64,000 nt of DNA from an uncultured Chloroflexia bacterium (GTDB taxonomy: Bacteria; Chloroflexota; Anaerolineae; Anaerolineales; UBA4823): the NCBI GenBank assembly GCA_963726315.1, contig CAVSBZ010000002.1, forward strand, positions 181,960 through 245,959, in the 5' to 3' direction. The notes beneath the pieces are model-generated. The model was not told the DNA's origin, ran no database searches, and saw nothing but the letters and a program-made list of their open reading frames with translations. A program made the position numbers and the translations under genes. This document shows positions 21,420-30,828 of the stretch, in pieces; positions within the stretch are counted from its first letter, which is position 1, and the number at the start of each line of letters is the position of its first letter.

Positions 21420-22889
21420 TCAGACTTCGGGTGGTAGAGCTGGAAGAGATTCCATACCAAATTTATTGGCTGCATGTAAAGTGACTTCGCGGAGTTCTTT
21501 ACGCAGTTCATCAGTTAGGTTATTCGGTTGGTATGTAGGTATTAGTTTTTCTACACGATCTCGCGCTCTCTCGAAAGTAGATTTCTCTCCACGGGCTTTC
21601 CAACCATCAAATGACGCTCGATCTATTACCTCTGAGGGCATGTACTGTTCCTCACGGAACCATTTACGAGTATGAGCTAAAGTCAAAAAATCTCCTTTAT
21701 GCCCGCTCTTCTGCATCAAATTGAGTGCAATCGGATCGTCACGCACAATGATCCCTTTCACAAAGCGTTTGACCATGCCGATCATTTCAGCATCGATGAC
21801 TAGTTTTTCATAGCTTAAACACAATTCAAGGTCCATCATCCCACAACCAGAAATGATATTTGCCCCAGAAAGAGCTGCGACAAAATTACTCCCCATTGAC
21901 TCAAGCCCGCATTGAGTATCGATAATTTTTGCATCACTCATACCCATATATGCATGTGTCGGTAGTCCCAAAGCTTTACCAATTTGTACATAGGCAGAAC
22001 TGATCATCCAGGTTTCGACAGCTCCCATGGGTGTAGATCCTTCCCGCATGTCGAATATTGCCGGTGAACCTCCCCAAACAATGGGAGCTCCGGCTCTCGC
22101 TAATTGGTGAATAACCACTCCACTCAAGGATTCAGCGGCATGTTGAACAACTGCTCCTGCAAGAGTCACCGGTGCAGTTGCTCCAGCAAGTGGCATAGAA
22201 ATTAGTTGCGCAGGGATCAAGAAATGAGCGCAATCAATAAGATTTTGGCACGTAAAATCACTCCATAACAAGGGCGGAGATGGGCAAACATCGAATACGG
22301 CTGTCGGTTTGTTTGCAAAGGCATCGTCGCCCCCAGCAACAAGCGAAAGCATTTCTTTCATTGTCCACCAGGTATCTTTTCGAAAAGCCCCAGTAATGAT
22401 TGGCTTCTTCATATAATTTAAAGCCAGATAGAGACGATAAAGATCACCAATTTCTGGAACAACATCTGAGCACACAAATGCTGTACTTTGAGCATCAATT
22501 TGAGGCAGGGTTTCTACAAGTTTGGTAAATTTAATATAATCGTCAGTTTTGGGTGAACGAGGGCGTTCGGTCTGGCTGTCGATGATCGTCAAACCACCTG
22601 ATCCTGGATCAAAGTGGATTTTATCGCCAAAGTAATGAACTGCGGCATTTCCATTCAGATCAAATAATGTAAAGTCTTTCGGAGCGGTTTGTAAAGCTTG
22701 TCGGATAATGTTTTCTGGAATATATGCCACCTGAGCTTTAAAATCCACTTTGGCATTTGCGTTGGCCAACAACTCTAATGCTTCTTGATTGTGAATACGT
22801 ATCCCTGGATTTTCCAAGATCGCAATCGCTTCAGAAATAATTTGCCTAACCAAATCATCGTCAAGCATTTGTAGCTTCGGAATTAACAT
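21420..22889 (-). CDS. Second MttB-family (non-pyrrolysine) methyltransferase
   Basis: PSPPL, AGATAPVTLAG, FDMREG, GMSDAK..D.Q.G.E, GANIISG. Confidence 0.9.
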   Translation of the reverse strand: MLIPKLQMLDDDLVRQIISEAIAILENPGIRIHNQEALELLANANAKVDFKAQVAYIPENIIRQALQTAPKDFTLFDLNGNAAVHYFGDKIHFDPGSGGLTIIDSQTERPRSPKTDDYIKFTKLVETLPQIDAQSTAFVCSDVVPEIGDLYRLYLALNYMKKPIITGAFRKDTWWTMKEMLSLVAGGDDAFANKPTAVFDVCPSPPLLWSDFTCQNLIDCAHFLIPAQLISMPLAGATAPVTLAGAVVQHAAESLSGVVIHQLARAGAPIVWGGSPAIFDMREGSTPMGAVETWMISSAYVQIGKALGLPTHAYMGMSDAKIIDTQCGLESMGSNFVAALSGANIISGCGMMDLELCLSYEKLVIDAEMIGMVKRFVKGIIVRDDPIALNLMQKSGHKGDFLTLAHTRKWFREEQYMPSEVIDRASFDGWKARGEKSTFERARDRVEKLIPTYQPNNLTDELRKELREVTLHAANKFGMESLPALPPEV

Positions 22890-22956
22890 AAAAGACTCCT
22901 ATGGAAACTATTTTTGGATATTGTGCTTATATTATCGTTGGATTAGATATTCTAAA

Positions 22957-23604
22957 TTATTGACCGAGTAATTGTTTTGCAACCTTGATCGCACCTATGG
23001 CATCTTCACTATAACCGTCTGCACCAATTTGATTGACCCATTCTTTAGTCACGGGTGCACCACCCACCATTACCTTTACCTTGGAGCGTATGCCAATATC
23101 CTCAAGTGCTTCTATGACATCTTTTTGATGTACCATTGTGGTTGTAAGTAATGCACTCATGGCAACAATATCGGCATTTACTTCTCGAACCTTATCCACC
23201 ACTTTCATCACTGGCACATCCACACCTAGATCGAAAACCTTGAAACCAGCTGAAGATAGCATTGTTCCTACTAATGTTTTTCCAATTTCGTGGATATCGC
23301 CTTCAATGGTACATAGAACTACCTTGCCCAACATCTTCCGCTCGGTACCAAGCCTGGCTAATTCTGGTTCCAACACAGCCACTGCTGCCTTCATTGCTTC
23401 TCCCGCCATGACAAGCTCAGGCAGATAAGCATCTCCATTAGCAAAGGCTTCACCGACTTTATTAACCCCAATTACGTAGCCTTGTGATATAGCTTCAAGA
23501 GGATCGATACCTTGGGCAATTGCCTGCTGTGCTAGCTCTAAAGCAATTTCACTATCTCCATCAATGATACTTTGCGCCATATCCTGAAATAATTGGTTTG
23601 TCAC
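22957..23604 (-). CDS. Second corrinoid protein
   Basis: EGDIHEIGK, SALLTTT, VGGAP. Confidence 0.92.
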   Translation of the reverse strand: MTNQLFQDMAQSIIDGDSEIALELAQQAIAQGIDPLEAISQGYVIGVNKVGEAFANGDAYLPELVMAGEAMKAAVAVLEPELARLGTERKMLGKVVLCTIEGDIHEIGKTLVGTMLSSAGFKVFDLGVDVPVMKVVDKVREVNADIVAMSALLTTTMVHQKDVIEALEDIGIRSKVKVMVGGAPVTKEWVNQIGADGYSEDAIGAIKVAKQLLGQ

Positions 23605-23625
23605 AGTGTTCTCCTCGGTGTATAT

Positions 23626-24261
23626 TTAATAATTAATCATGATTCTTGAGAGTGTATTCTGTAGGTGATTTTTCATTTCCTCTTGGCTCATAGCCTTATC
23701 TCTTTTCTTTAATGCCATGAGTATATTCTCGTGTTGGGATGAATTTATGATAAAAGGATCAAGTGATAATGCCCGTTCAACCATTTCTAGCTGTTGTTGA
23801 ATCAAGGATGCCAGGATAGTATTTCCAGAAGTTTTCGCAATCATCATATGGAATTCCTGATTTAGCCTAAAAGCTTCAGGTTGGATAATCCGGCTAGCTT
23901 GATTAATTGGAATTCGCTGCTCTTCTTTATTATTTCTTTCCAATGCCTCAAAATCTTCATCTTTCATATGTTCCGAAGCTAAACCAATTGCATCAACCTC
24001 TAATACTATTCTGATATGGAACATTTCTTTTACATCGCGAATCGATGGCTTGGTGACCATATATCCTACACGAGGTAATGATTCTAAAAATTGCTCATGG
24101 GTTAAAACAACCAAAGCTTCTCGTGTAGGTGTCTTGCTCGTTCCAAATCGCGAGCATATTTCATCAATGTTTATGATGTCACCAGGTTTTAGATCGCCAG
24201 AAATGATAGTTTGGCGTATTCTTTGGTACGCTTGTTCTGATTGTGTAGGTAAATTTTTCAT
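23626..24261 (-). CDS. GntR/FadR-family transcriptional regulator
   Basis: IISGDLKPG, SKTPTREAL HTH; FCD domain (NQEFH, QHENI). Confidence 0.9.
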   Translation of the reverse strand: MKNLPTQSEQAYQRIRQTIISGDLKPGDIINIDEICSRFGTSKTPTREALVVLTHEQFLESLPRVGYMVTKPSIRDVKEMFHIRIVLEVDAIGLASEHMKDEDFEALERNNKEEQRIPINQASRIIQPEAFRLNQEFHMMIAKTSGNTILASLIQQQLEMVERALSLDPFIINSSQHENILMALKKRDKAMSQEEMKNHLQNTLSRIMINY

Positions 24262-24691
24262 ACAATTTAGTTGATTTTAATATTGATGGAGGATATAATA
24301 ATTATATGTATAATATATTATAAGCATATTGAGGGATATGTCAATAATCCAAATGCCCGAATGTTACACCAACGCCTGCTGCACCAATACGTGAAATGAA
24401 TTATTACCCGAACATACATTATTCACATAATCATTAGAGAATTGATGACATACATATTAAATTATCCTTGAGACGTAAAAATGTTTATAAGAGATCATTC
24501 AGCTGGGTGAAATATATCGATATTCGAACCGAGCTGCAGCAATTATTGTTACCATTAAATCTCATTTATCTATTACTGTTATGTATTGGCCTGTAAAACT
24601 GCAGATAGTAATCAACTCGACAGGTTTATATAATATCGAGACCAACTAATCAGGCGTTTCACACACAGAAATATTAATAAAGGAGGAATCA

Positions 24692-26086
24692 ATGGCACCA
24701 AAGAAAATTGTCTATCCGTACATCCCTAACTCTGAACCAAAGATTAAAGCTCAAATGCTCAAAGATGTTAATGCTTCCAGCGTGGATGAGTTTTATGGAG
24801 ACATCCCTACTGAGTTACGTTTTAAGGGACAAATGAATTTGCCTGCACCATTCACCTCGGAATATGCCCTTCGCCGTCATATTGAAAAAATACTTGAAAA
24901 GAACAAAACAACCAAACAGTATCTAAATTTTTTAGGTGCTGGTTGTTACCAGCACCATGTTCCAGCTGTATGCGATGAAATAAACTCACGCGGAGAGTTC
25001 CTTACAGCATATGCCGGTGAACCATACGATGACCACGGTCGCTTTCAATCACTTTTTGAATACACTAGCATGATGGCTGAACTGCTTGAAATGGATGTTG
25101 TCAATGTTCCAACATATGATGGATTCCAGGCAGCTGCTACTGCATTGCGGATGGCTTGCCGTATCACAAACAGGAATAAAGTCTTATTGCCTGAAACTCT
25201 AGGTCGGGATTTATTATCAAAAATACGTGATTATCTTAAATTCGATATCGAAATTATTTTGGTTAAGCATAATCCATTGACAGGTGGGATTGATTTACAC
25301 CATTTAAAAGAATTACTCACCCCTGAAATAGCTGCCGTTTTCTTTGAAAATCCGTCATATCTCGGCTTTTTAGAAGTCAAAGGAACTGAAATTTCCGAAA
25401 TAGCCCATAGTCATGACGCAATTTGCATTGTAAATGTGGATCCAATTTCATTGGGGGTACTAGAACCCCCCATACAATATGGAGCTGATCTTGTCGTCGG
25501 TGATATCCAACCACTGGGAATGCACATGTCATATGGCGGTGGCCAGGCAGGATTTATTGCCAGTCGAGATGACGAAAAATATGTCATGCAATATCCCTCA
25601 CGTCTATTCGGTATTGTCCCAACCATAGTAAAAGGCGAGTACGGATTTGGTGATGTGGCTTATGAGCGTACATCATTTGCAAAGCGTGAGGAAGGCAATG
25701 AATGGGTTGGCACGGCGTCGGCATTATGGGGAATTACAGCCGGAGTTTATCTTGCATTGATGGGACCTCAAGGTATGAAGGAAATCGGTGAAGGAATTTT
25801 ATATCGTTCACAATATGCGAAGCAGGAAATGAGCAATCTAGCTAATGTAAGCACTGAGGTGTTTGAAGCACCATATTTCAAAGAGTTTATAGTCAATTTT
25901 GATAAGACTGGAAAGACAGTGGCTGAAATTAATCATAGTTTACTTGAAAGAAATATTTTTGGTGGGAAAGATTTAAACCATGATTTTCCCTGGCTGGGTG
26001 AAAGTGCATTGTACTGCTTTACTGAGGTACATACCAAAGAAGATATCGATCAGTTGGTCTCTACTTTAAAGGAGGTGTTGGTATGA
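24692..26086 (+). CDS. gcvPA: Glycine cleavage P-protein subunit 1 (divergent)
   Basis: NFLGAGCYQHHVPA, EFLTAY, YDG, QPLG.HMSYGG. Confidence 0.88.
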   Translation: MAPKKIVYPYIPNSEPKIKAQMLKDVNASSVDEFYGDIPTELRFKGQMNLPAPFTSEYALRRHIEKILEKNKTTKQYLNFLGAGCYQHHVPAVCDEINSRGEFLTAYAGEPYDDHGRFQSLFEYTSMMAELLEMDVVNVPTYDGFQAAATALRMACRITNRNKVLLPETLGRDLLSKIRDYLKFDIEIILVKHNPLTGGIDLHHLKELLTPEIAAVFFENPSYLGFLEVKGTEISEIAHSHDAICIVNVDPISLGVLEPPIQYGADLVVGDIQPLGMHMSYGGGQAGFIASRDDEKYVMQYPSRLFGIVPTIVKGEYGFGDVAYERTSFAKREEGNEWVGTASALWGITAGVYLALMGPQGMKEIGEGILYRSQYAKQEMSNLANVSTEVFEAPYFKEFIVNFDKTGKTVAEINHSLLERNIFGGKDLNHDFPWLGESALYCFTEVHTKEDIDQLVSTLKEVLV

Positions 26087-27669
26087 ATAACATTACCTTT
26101 GAGCGTTTTACGGATGGCAAACCAAATCTTCGTCGTTTCCACCAAGCACGGTGGGATGAACCAGTCATTTTTGAGCTAGGCCAGCCTGGTCAGCGAGGGA
26201 TTTTAGTACCCGAGGTAGATGAAGGAATTAAGTCTCAAGTGGGGAACCCACTGAAGGGGATACCAGATTCACTACTTCGTAAGACCCAGCCCCAATTACC
26301 TGAAATGTCACAGCCGGCCGTATTAAGACATTATGTCCATTTATCTCAAGAAACATTAGGAGTGGATTGCAATATTGATGTTGGGCAGGGCACCTGCACG
26401 ATGAAATATAGCCCGAAGATAAACGACCAGCTAGCCCGGATGGACGAACTAACAGAATTACACCCATTACAAGATGAGTCGACTGTACAAGGCATCCTCG
26501 AGGTCTTTTGGCGTTTTGAGCAAGTTTTGAAAGAAATTTCAGGGTTGGATAGGTTCACGCTACAGCCTGGCGCAGGTTCTGCTGCAATCTATACCAATGC
26601 GAGCATCATCCGTGCTTATCATGCTTCAAGGGGAGAGATAGACAAACGAGATGAAATCATAACAACGATTTTCTCGCACCCATCAGATGCTGCTTGTGCA
26701 AAGGTGGCAGGGTTTAAAGTGATCACTCTCTATCCTGATAAAGACGGTTATCCTGACATAGAGGCATTGCGTGCTGCCATATCTCAGAGGACCGCAGGTC
26801 TTTTAATAACTAACCCGGAAGATACCGGTATTTTTAATCCAAAAATCGCTGAATTCACCGAACTTGTCCACGCCGCAGGGGGATTGTGCTCCTATGACCA
26901 GGCAAATGCGAATGGTATCCTGGGTATAACACGTGCTCGTGAGGCAGGGTTTGATCTGTGTCATTTTAACCTACATAAAACCTTCTCAACCCCGCATGGA
27001 TGCGGGGGCCCCGCTGTTGGCGCAACAGGTGTTACAGAAAAATTGGTGCGATTCCTACCTGTCCCATTGATTGACTTTAATGGTCTGAGTTATTTACTAA
27101 ATTATGACCTGCCAGATAGCATTGGAAAAATCCGTCCATTCTATGGGGTAGCACCAGCGGTTTTAAAAGCCTATGCGTGGGTGATGTCACTGGGGGCTGA
27201 AGGACTGCGTGAGGTGGCAGAGGTAGCGGTATTAAACAATAATTACCTGCTTCATAAGATCCAGGCAATCCAAGGAGCAAGCGCTCCATATGCTACAGGG
27301 AAACATAGGATTGAGCAGGTAAGGTATTCTTGGGAAAAACTATACGAAGATACTGGTATCCATTCAGACGAACTGGGCATCCGCGCGGCTGATTTTGGGG
27401 TACATTATTGGACAAGCCACCACCCATACGTGGTACCGGAACCTTGCACGCTTGAACCCACAGAGTCATACTCGAAAGAAGAATTAGATGAATATGCCGC
27501 TGTTATTGAAAACGTCGCGAACGAAGCGTACACCCATCCAGATGTTGTGAAAACTGCTCCACATAACAGCACTGTCCATACAATTAACCACCATCCTCTT
27601 GACGACCCAAAGCAGTGGTGCATCACCTGGCGCTCTTATAAACAAAAAACTCAACAGGAAAACCGATAA
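26083..27669 (+). CDS. gcvPB: Glycine cleavage P-protein subunit 2 (divergent)
   Basis: CTMKYSPK, TNP..TG, DQAN.N, HFNLHKTFSTPHG (PLP Lys), EPTES. Confidence 0.88.
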   Translation: MNNITFERFTDGKPNLRRFHQARWDEPVIFELGQPGQRGILVPEVDEGIKSQVGNPLKGIPDSLLRKTQPQLPEMSQPAVLRHYVHLSQETLGVDCNIDVGQGTCTMKYSPKINDQLARMDELTELHPLQDESTVQGILEVFWRFEQVLKEISGLDRFTLQPGAGSAAIYTNASIIRAYHASRGEIDKRDEIITTIFSHPSDAACAKVAGFKVITLYPDKDGYPDIEALRAAISQRTAGLLITNPEDTGIFNPKIAEFTELVHAAGGLCSYDQANANGILGITRAREAGFDLCHFNLHKTFSTPHGCGGPAVGATGVTEKLVRFLPVPLIDFNGLSYLLNYDLPDSIGKIRPFYGVAPAVLKAYAWVMSLGAEGLREVAEVAVLNNNYLLHKIQAIQGASAPYATGKHRIEQVRYSWEKLYEDTGIHSDELGIRAADFGVHYWTSHHPYVVPEPCTLEPTESYSKEELDEYAAVIENVANEAYTHPDVVKTAPHNSTVHTINHHPLDDPKQWCITWRSYKQKTQQENR

Positions 27670-27675
27670 GAAAAT

Positions 27676-28791
27676 ATGAGACGTATTGGGCTGATCGTAA
27701 ATCCGGTTGCTGGGTTGGGTGGACGCGTTGGATTAAAAGGAAGTGATGGCTGGGACATACAGCTAAAAGCTCTTGAGCTTGGCGCTATTCCCCATGCAAA
27801 CGACAGAACGGTGGAGACATTACAACTTCTCCTACCCATGAAGGCTGATCTGGAAATCCTGACTTATCCTGGAAATATGGGTGAAATTGCTGTAAAAAAA
27901 GCAGGATTTGTACCTTGTGTATTGGGTCAAATTGTATTCGACCATACCACAGCAGAAGACACAAAGAGGGCTGTGAAAGAATTAATGAATAAGGATTTAG
28001 CGCTCCTAATGTTTACTGGAGGTGACGGAACAGCTCGAGATGTATATGCAGCTGGGGGATCGGAAATCCCCGCATTAGGTATTCCTGCAGGAGTGAAAAT
28101 CCATTCAGCAGTATACGCTATTCATCCTCGAGCTGCTGGAGAACTGGCGATAGCTTACTTGCGTGAGGAGGCGATATTAAACCTTGTTGAAGTAATGGAT
28201 GTTGATGAAGAAGAATTCCGACAAGGACGTGTATCTCCGAAGCTTTATGGATTTCTCAGGGTGCCATATTTACAGAGATTTGTGCAAGGAGCCAAGGCAG
28301 CGAGTCCCAAAATATTGTCTTCTGCATTAAAAGGTATTGCCGAAGACTTGTCTGAGCAGATGTTTCCTGGAACGATGTATATTTTCGGTCCCGGTTCGAC
28401 CACACAAGCAATATGTAAATATCTCGGTATGGAAAAAAGCCTACTAGGAGTGGATGTCTGCTTGGACGGCAGAATCATAGCTATGGATGCTAGCGAATCC
28501 CTTCTGCTAAGCCTTCTGGCAAGTGACTGTCGAGCCGAAATCATTCTCACACCGATTGGTGGACAGGGTTGTCTCTTCGGACGTGGAAACCAACAGATCA
28601 GCCCTGCGATAATCCATAAGGTAGGTAAGACACACCTCCACATTGTTAGCACACCCGAGAAGCTATATGCGCTGAAAGGGCATCCATTGTGGGTTGATAC
28701 TGGAGACCAGACATTAGATAAAATGCTTTGCGGCTATTTTCCAGTTATTACGGGATATAAAGAAAGTATTATGTACAAGGTCACTACATAA
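27676..28791 (+). CDS. ATP-NAD/AcoX-like kinase family protein
   Basis: IGLIVNPVAGLGG.VGLKGSDG, GGDGTARD, GIPAGVKIHS, GRGNQQ. Confidence 0.85.
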   Translation: MRRIGLIVNPVAGLGGRVGLKGSDGWDIQLKALELGAIPHANDRTVETLQLLLPMKADLEILTYPGNMGEIAVKKAGFVPCVLGQIVFDHTTAEDTKRAVKELMNKDLALLMFTGGDGTARDVYAAGGSEIPALGIPAGVKIHSAVYAIHPRAAGELAIAYLREEAILNLVEVMDVDEEEFRQGRVSPKLYGFLRVPYLQRFVQGAKAASPKILSSALKGIAEDLSEQMFPGTMYIFGPGSTTQAICKYLGMEKSLLGVDVCLDGRIIAMDASESLLLSLLASDCRAEIILTPIGGQGCLFGRGNQQISPAIIHKVGKTHLHIVSTPEKLYALKGHPLWVDTGDQTLDKMLCGYFPVITGYKESIMYKVTT

Positions 28792-29052
28792 GGAGAGGCA
28801 ATAAATATATATAAAATTTATCAACAACAGTAATTTGAATATTTAGTACCCAAAATGACCTTGGAAAAGCCCGTATGGTGCAAATATTCCGTCTATTCAG
28901 AATGCACATAAATATTTCATTAACCCAAAAGTAATCCTAAGAAATTCTATGGATGAGTGAAACAGCCAGGACAGGTTTCTTGGTCAGGGGAACGAAAGAG
29001 AAAAGTGAAGACGATGTTTTTCAAGGACGTCATTTGCATCAAATCACCATTT

Positions 29053-29279
29053 GGACAGGTTTGCGGATCGCCTTTCCTTGCTTCTTACCGATGCATATTG
29101 GAGAACACTGCGGGACCAATTGGGTACAGATATGCTGAAGCAATATGCAACGAGCGTAGCGAGTTGTATGGTGATTTTGGAACAAAATAGACGTAATAGA
29201 AAGTATTTTCCCTCTTTTCCCCTATCTGCACATCTATAACAATGAAGAGTTCGAGGGTTCGCATCCCTCCAGGTCCACC
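29053..29279 (+). mobile_element. Second element-end relic: motif plus tRNA-like T-arm/acceptor
   Basis: 29/32 match to 6496-6527; gagggttcgcatccctccaggtccacc at 29253-29279. Confidence 0.4.
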
Positions 29280-29788
29280 TAACTACCCTAAGAAATGGTC
29301 TCGCCTGAGTCGATAGCCCCCCAACCATGGTAAACCAGTAGCTCCTGACTGAGGTAGATCTATAGCAATTTATCACTAGTGTTATCACCGTTTGGTTATA
29401 ACCAATAATAAGAATTGCTTAAATTGGGTAACGTTGCTTTTAAGCTTGCGTGTGTAGCTCATAAGCGCTTCTTTGACTGGCAGGTCTTTAGAGACTTATC
29501 CTTCCACAGCTTGCTTGTATTATCTATCGAATTTACACTTGTGAGTTGAATCTATCAATCTAAATACAGAACAGATGGGGACAGACGACCAGGATTTCAT
29601 TGACATGCCTGACAATCGCCCAGTTGGACCTGAGCGATATCATACGCAGACACTCTGAACCTTAGCAACTGTTACATCCGGATTGATAGCCGGCAGCAAC
29701 GTCAAAATTTTACGCAAGGCGGGGAGGAGCCTGTCTCCGGAGCGGAGCGAGGAGACGGGATTCGAACTTTAGTCCCCTTGAGGGATCT

Positions 29789-30485
29789 AACACCCTTCGC
29801 GGGTGCCCGCGGCGGACAAGTTGGTGTACTTCTGGCGGGGAGGGCTGGGTTCGAAATACACACCCCCTGTGGGTGCCCGCGGCGGACAAGTTGGGGTACT
29901 TCTGGCGGGGAGGGCGGGGTTCGAAATACACACCCCCTGTGGGTGCCCGCGGCGGACAAGTTGGGGTACTTCTGGCGGGGAGGGCGGGATTCGAAATACA
30001 CACCCCCTGTGGGTGCCCGCGGCGGACAAGTTGGTGTACTTCTGGCGGGGAGGGCTGGGTTCGAAATACACACCCCCTGTGGGTGCCCGCGGCAGACAAG
30101 TTGGTGTACTTCTGGCGGGGAGGGCTGGGTTCGAAATACACACCCCCTGTGGGTGCCCGCGGCGGACAAGTTGGTGTACATCTGGCGGGGAGGGCTGGGT
30201 TCGAAATACACACCCCCTGTGGGTGCCCGCGGCGGACAAGTTGGTGTACTTCTGGCGGGGAGGGCTGGGTTCGAAATACACACCCCCTGTGGGTGCCCGC
30301 GGCGGACAAGTTGGTGTACTTCTGGCGGGGAGGGCTGGGTTCGAAATACACACCCCCTGTGGGTGCCCGCGGCGGACAAGTTGGTGTACATCTGGCGGGG
30401 AGGGCTGGGTTCGAAATGCACACCCTTCACGGGTGCCCGCGGCGGACAAGTTGGTGTACTTCTGGCGGGGAGGGCGGGATTCGAA
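29789..30485 (-). repeat. Tandem array of 70-bp units derived from the tRNA-Ser(GCT) 3' end (9 full units plus partial ends)
   Basis: Unit ttggtgtacttctggcggggagggctgggttcgaaatacacaccccctgtgggtgcccgcggcggacaag at 29821, 29891 ... 30381, merging into the tRNA at 30463. Confidence 0.97.
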
Positions 30486-30556
30486 CCCGCGGCGGAGGTT
30501 TTAGCCCCCGCACTCACTTAGCAGGCGAGCCCAATCGGCCACTCTGGCACCTCCCC
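30463..30556 (-). tRNA. tRNA-Ser(GCT)
   Basis: GGGGAGG/CCTCCCC acceptor, anticodon arm ctcgc-ctGCTaa-gtgag, long variable arm, GTTCGAATC, encoded CCA. Confidence 0.96.
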
Positions 30557-30559
30557 GTA

Positions 30560-30646
30560 GGCGGAGGGAGAGGGATTCGAACCCACGATGGATTTCTCCA
30601 TACCTGTTTTCAAGACAGGCGCCTTAAGCCACTCGGCCATCCCTCC
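30560..30646 (-). tRNA. tRNA-Ser(TGA)
   Basis: GGAGGGA/TCCCTCC acceptor, cctgt-ctTGAaa-acagg, long variable arm, GTTCGAATC; CCA not fully encoded. Confidence 0.95.
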
Positions 30647-30828
30647 AGATAGAGGGAAAATCCCTCTCAAGCGGACGGAATTCTACCATATCCACGGGCT
30701 GGATGCAACATTTTGCTTCCTCCAGTGGTTTACATCCTTCCTAAAGCCCACTTCCCATTCAGCTATTTTCTAATTTTGATCGCCGCCTCCAATCGAATTG
30801 CGGGATTAACTCGTGCTATACTTGGCGA

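Larger units (their letters stand above)
9082..30485. mobile_element. Putative genomic island at tRNA-Ser(GCT)
   Basis: Direct-repeat homology at both ends including the tRNA 3' end, AT-rich intergenic DNA, coherent accessory catabolic cargo; no integrase seen. Confidence 0.45.

Noticed and set aside
12531-22889. Pyrrolysine recoding in the MttB genes
   Set aside because: Both are full-length with no in-frame TAG, and no pyl genes are seen
24262-24691. Glycine or cobalamin riboswitch in the island leaders
   Set aside because: AT-rich sequence with none of the conserved aptamer motifs I could recognise
29789-30485. CRISPR array
   Set aside because: Units are identical end to end with no unique spacers, they derive from the adjacent tRNA, and no cas genes are in the window
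29702-30652. Six long ORFs (220-271 aa) over the repeat array
   Set aside because: Artefacts of a stop-free GC-rich 70-bp unit cycling through frames; some overlap the tRNA genes
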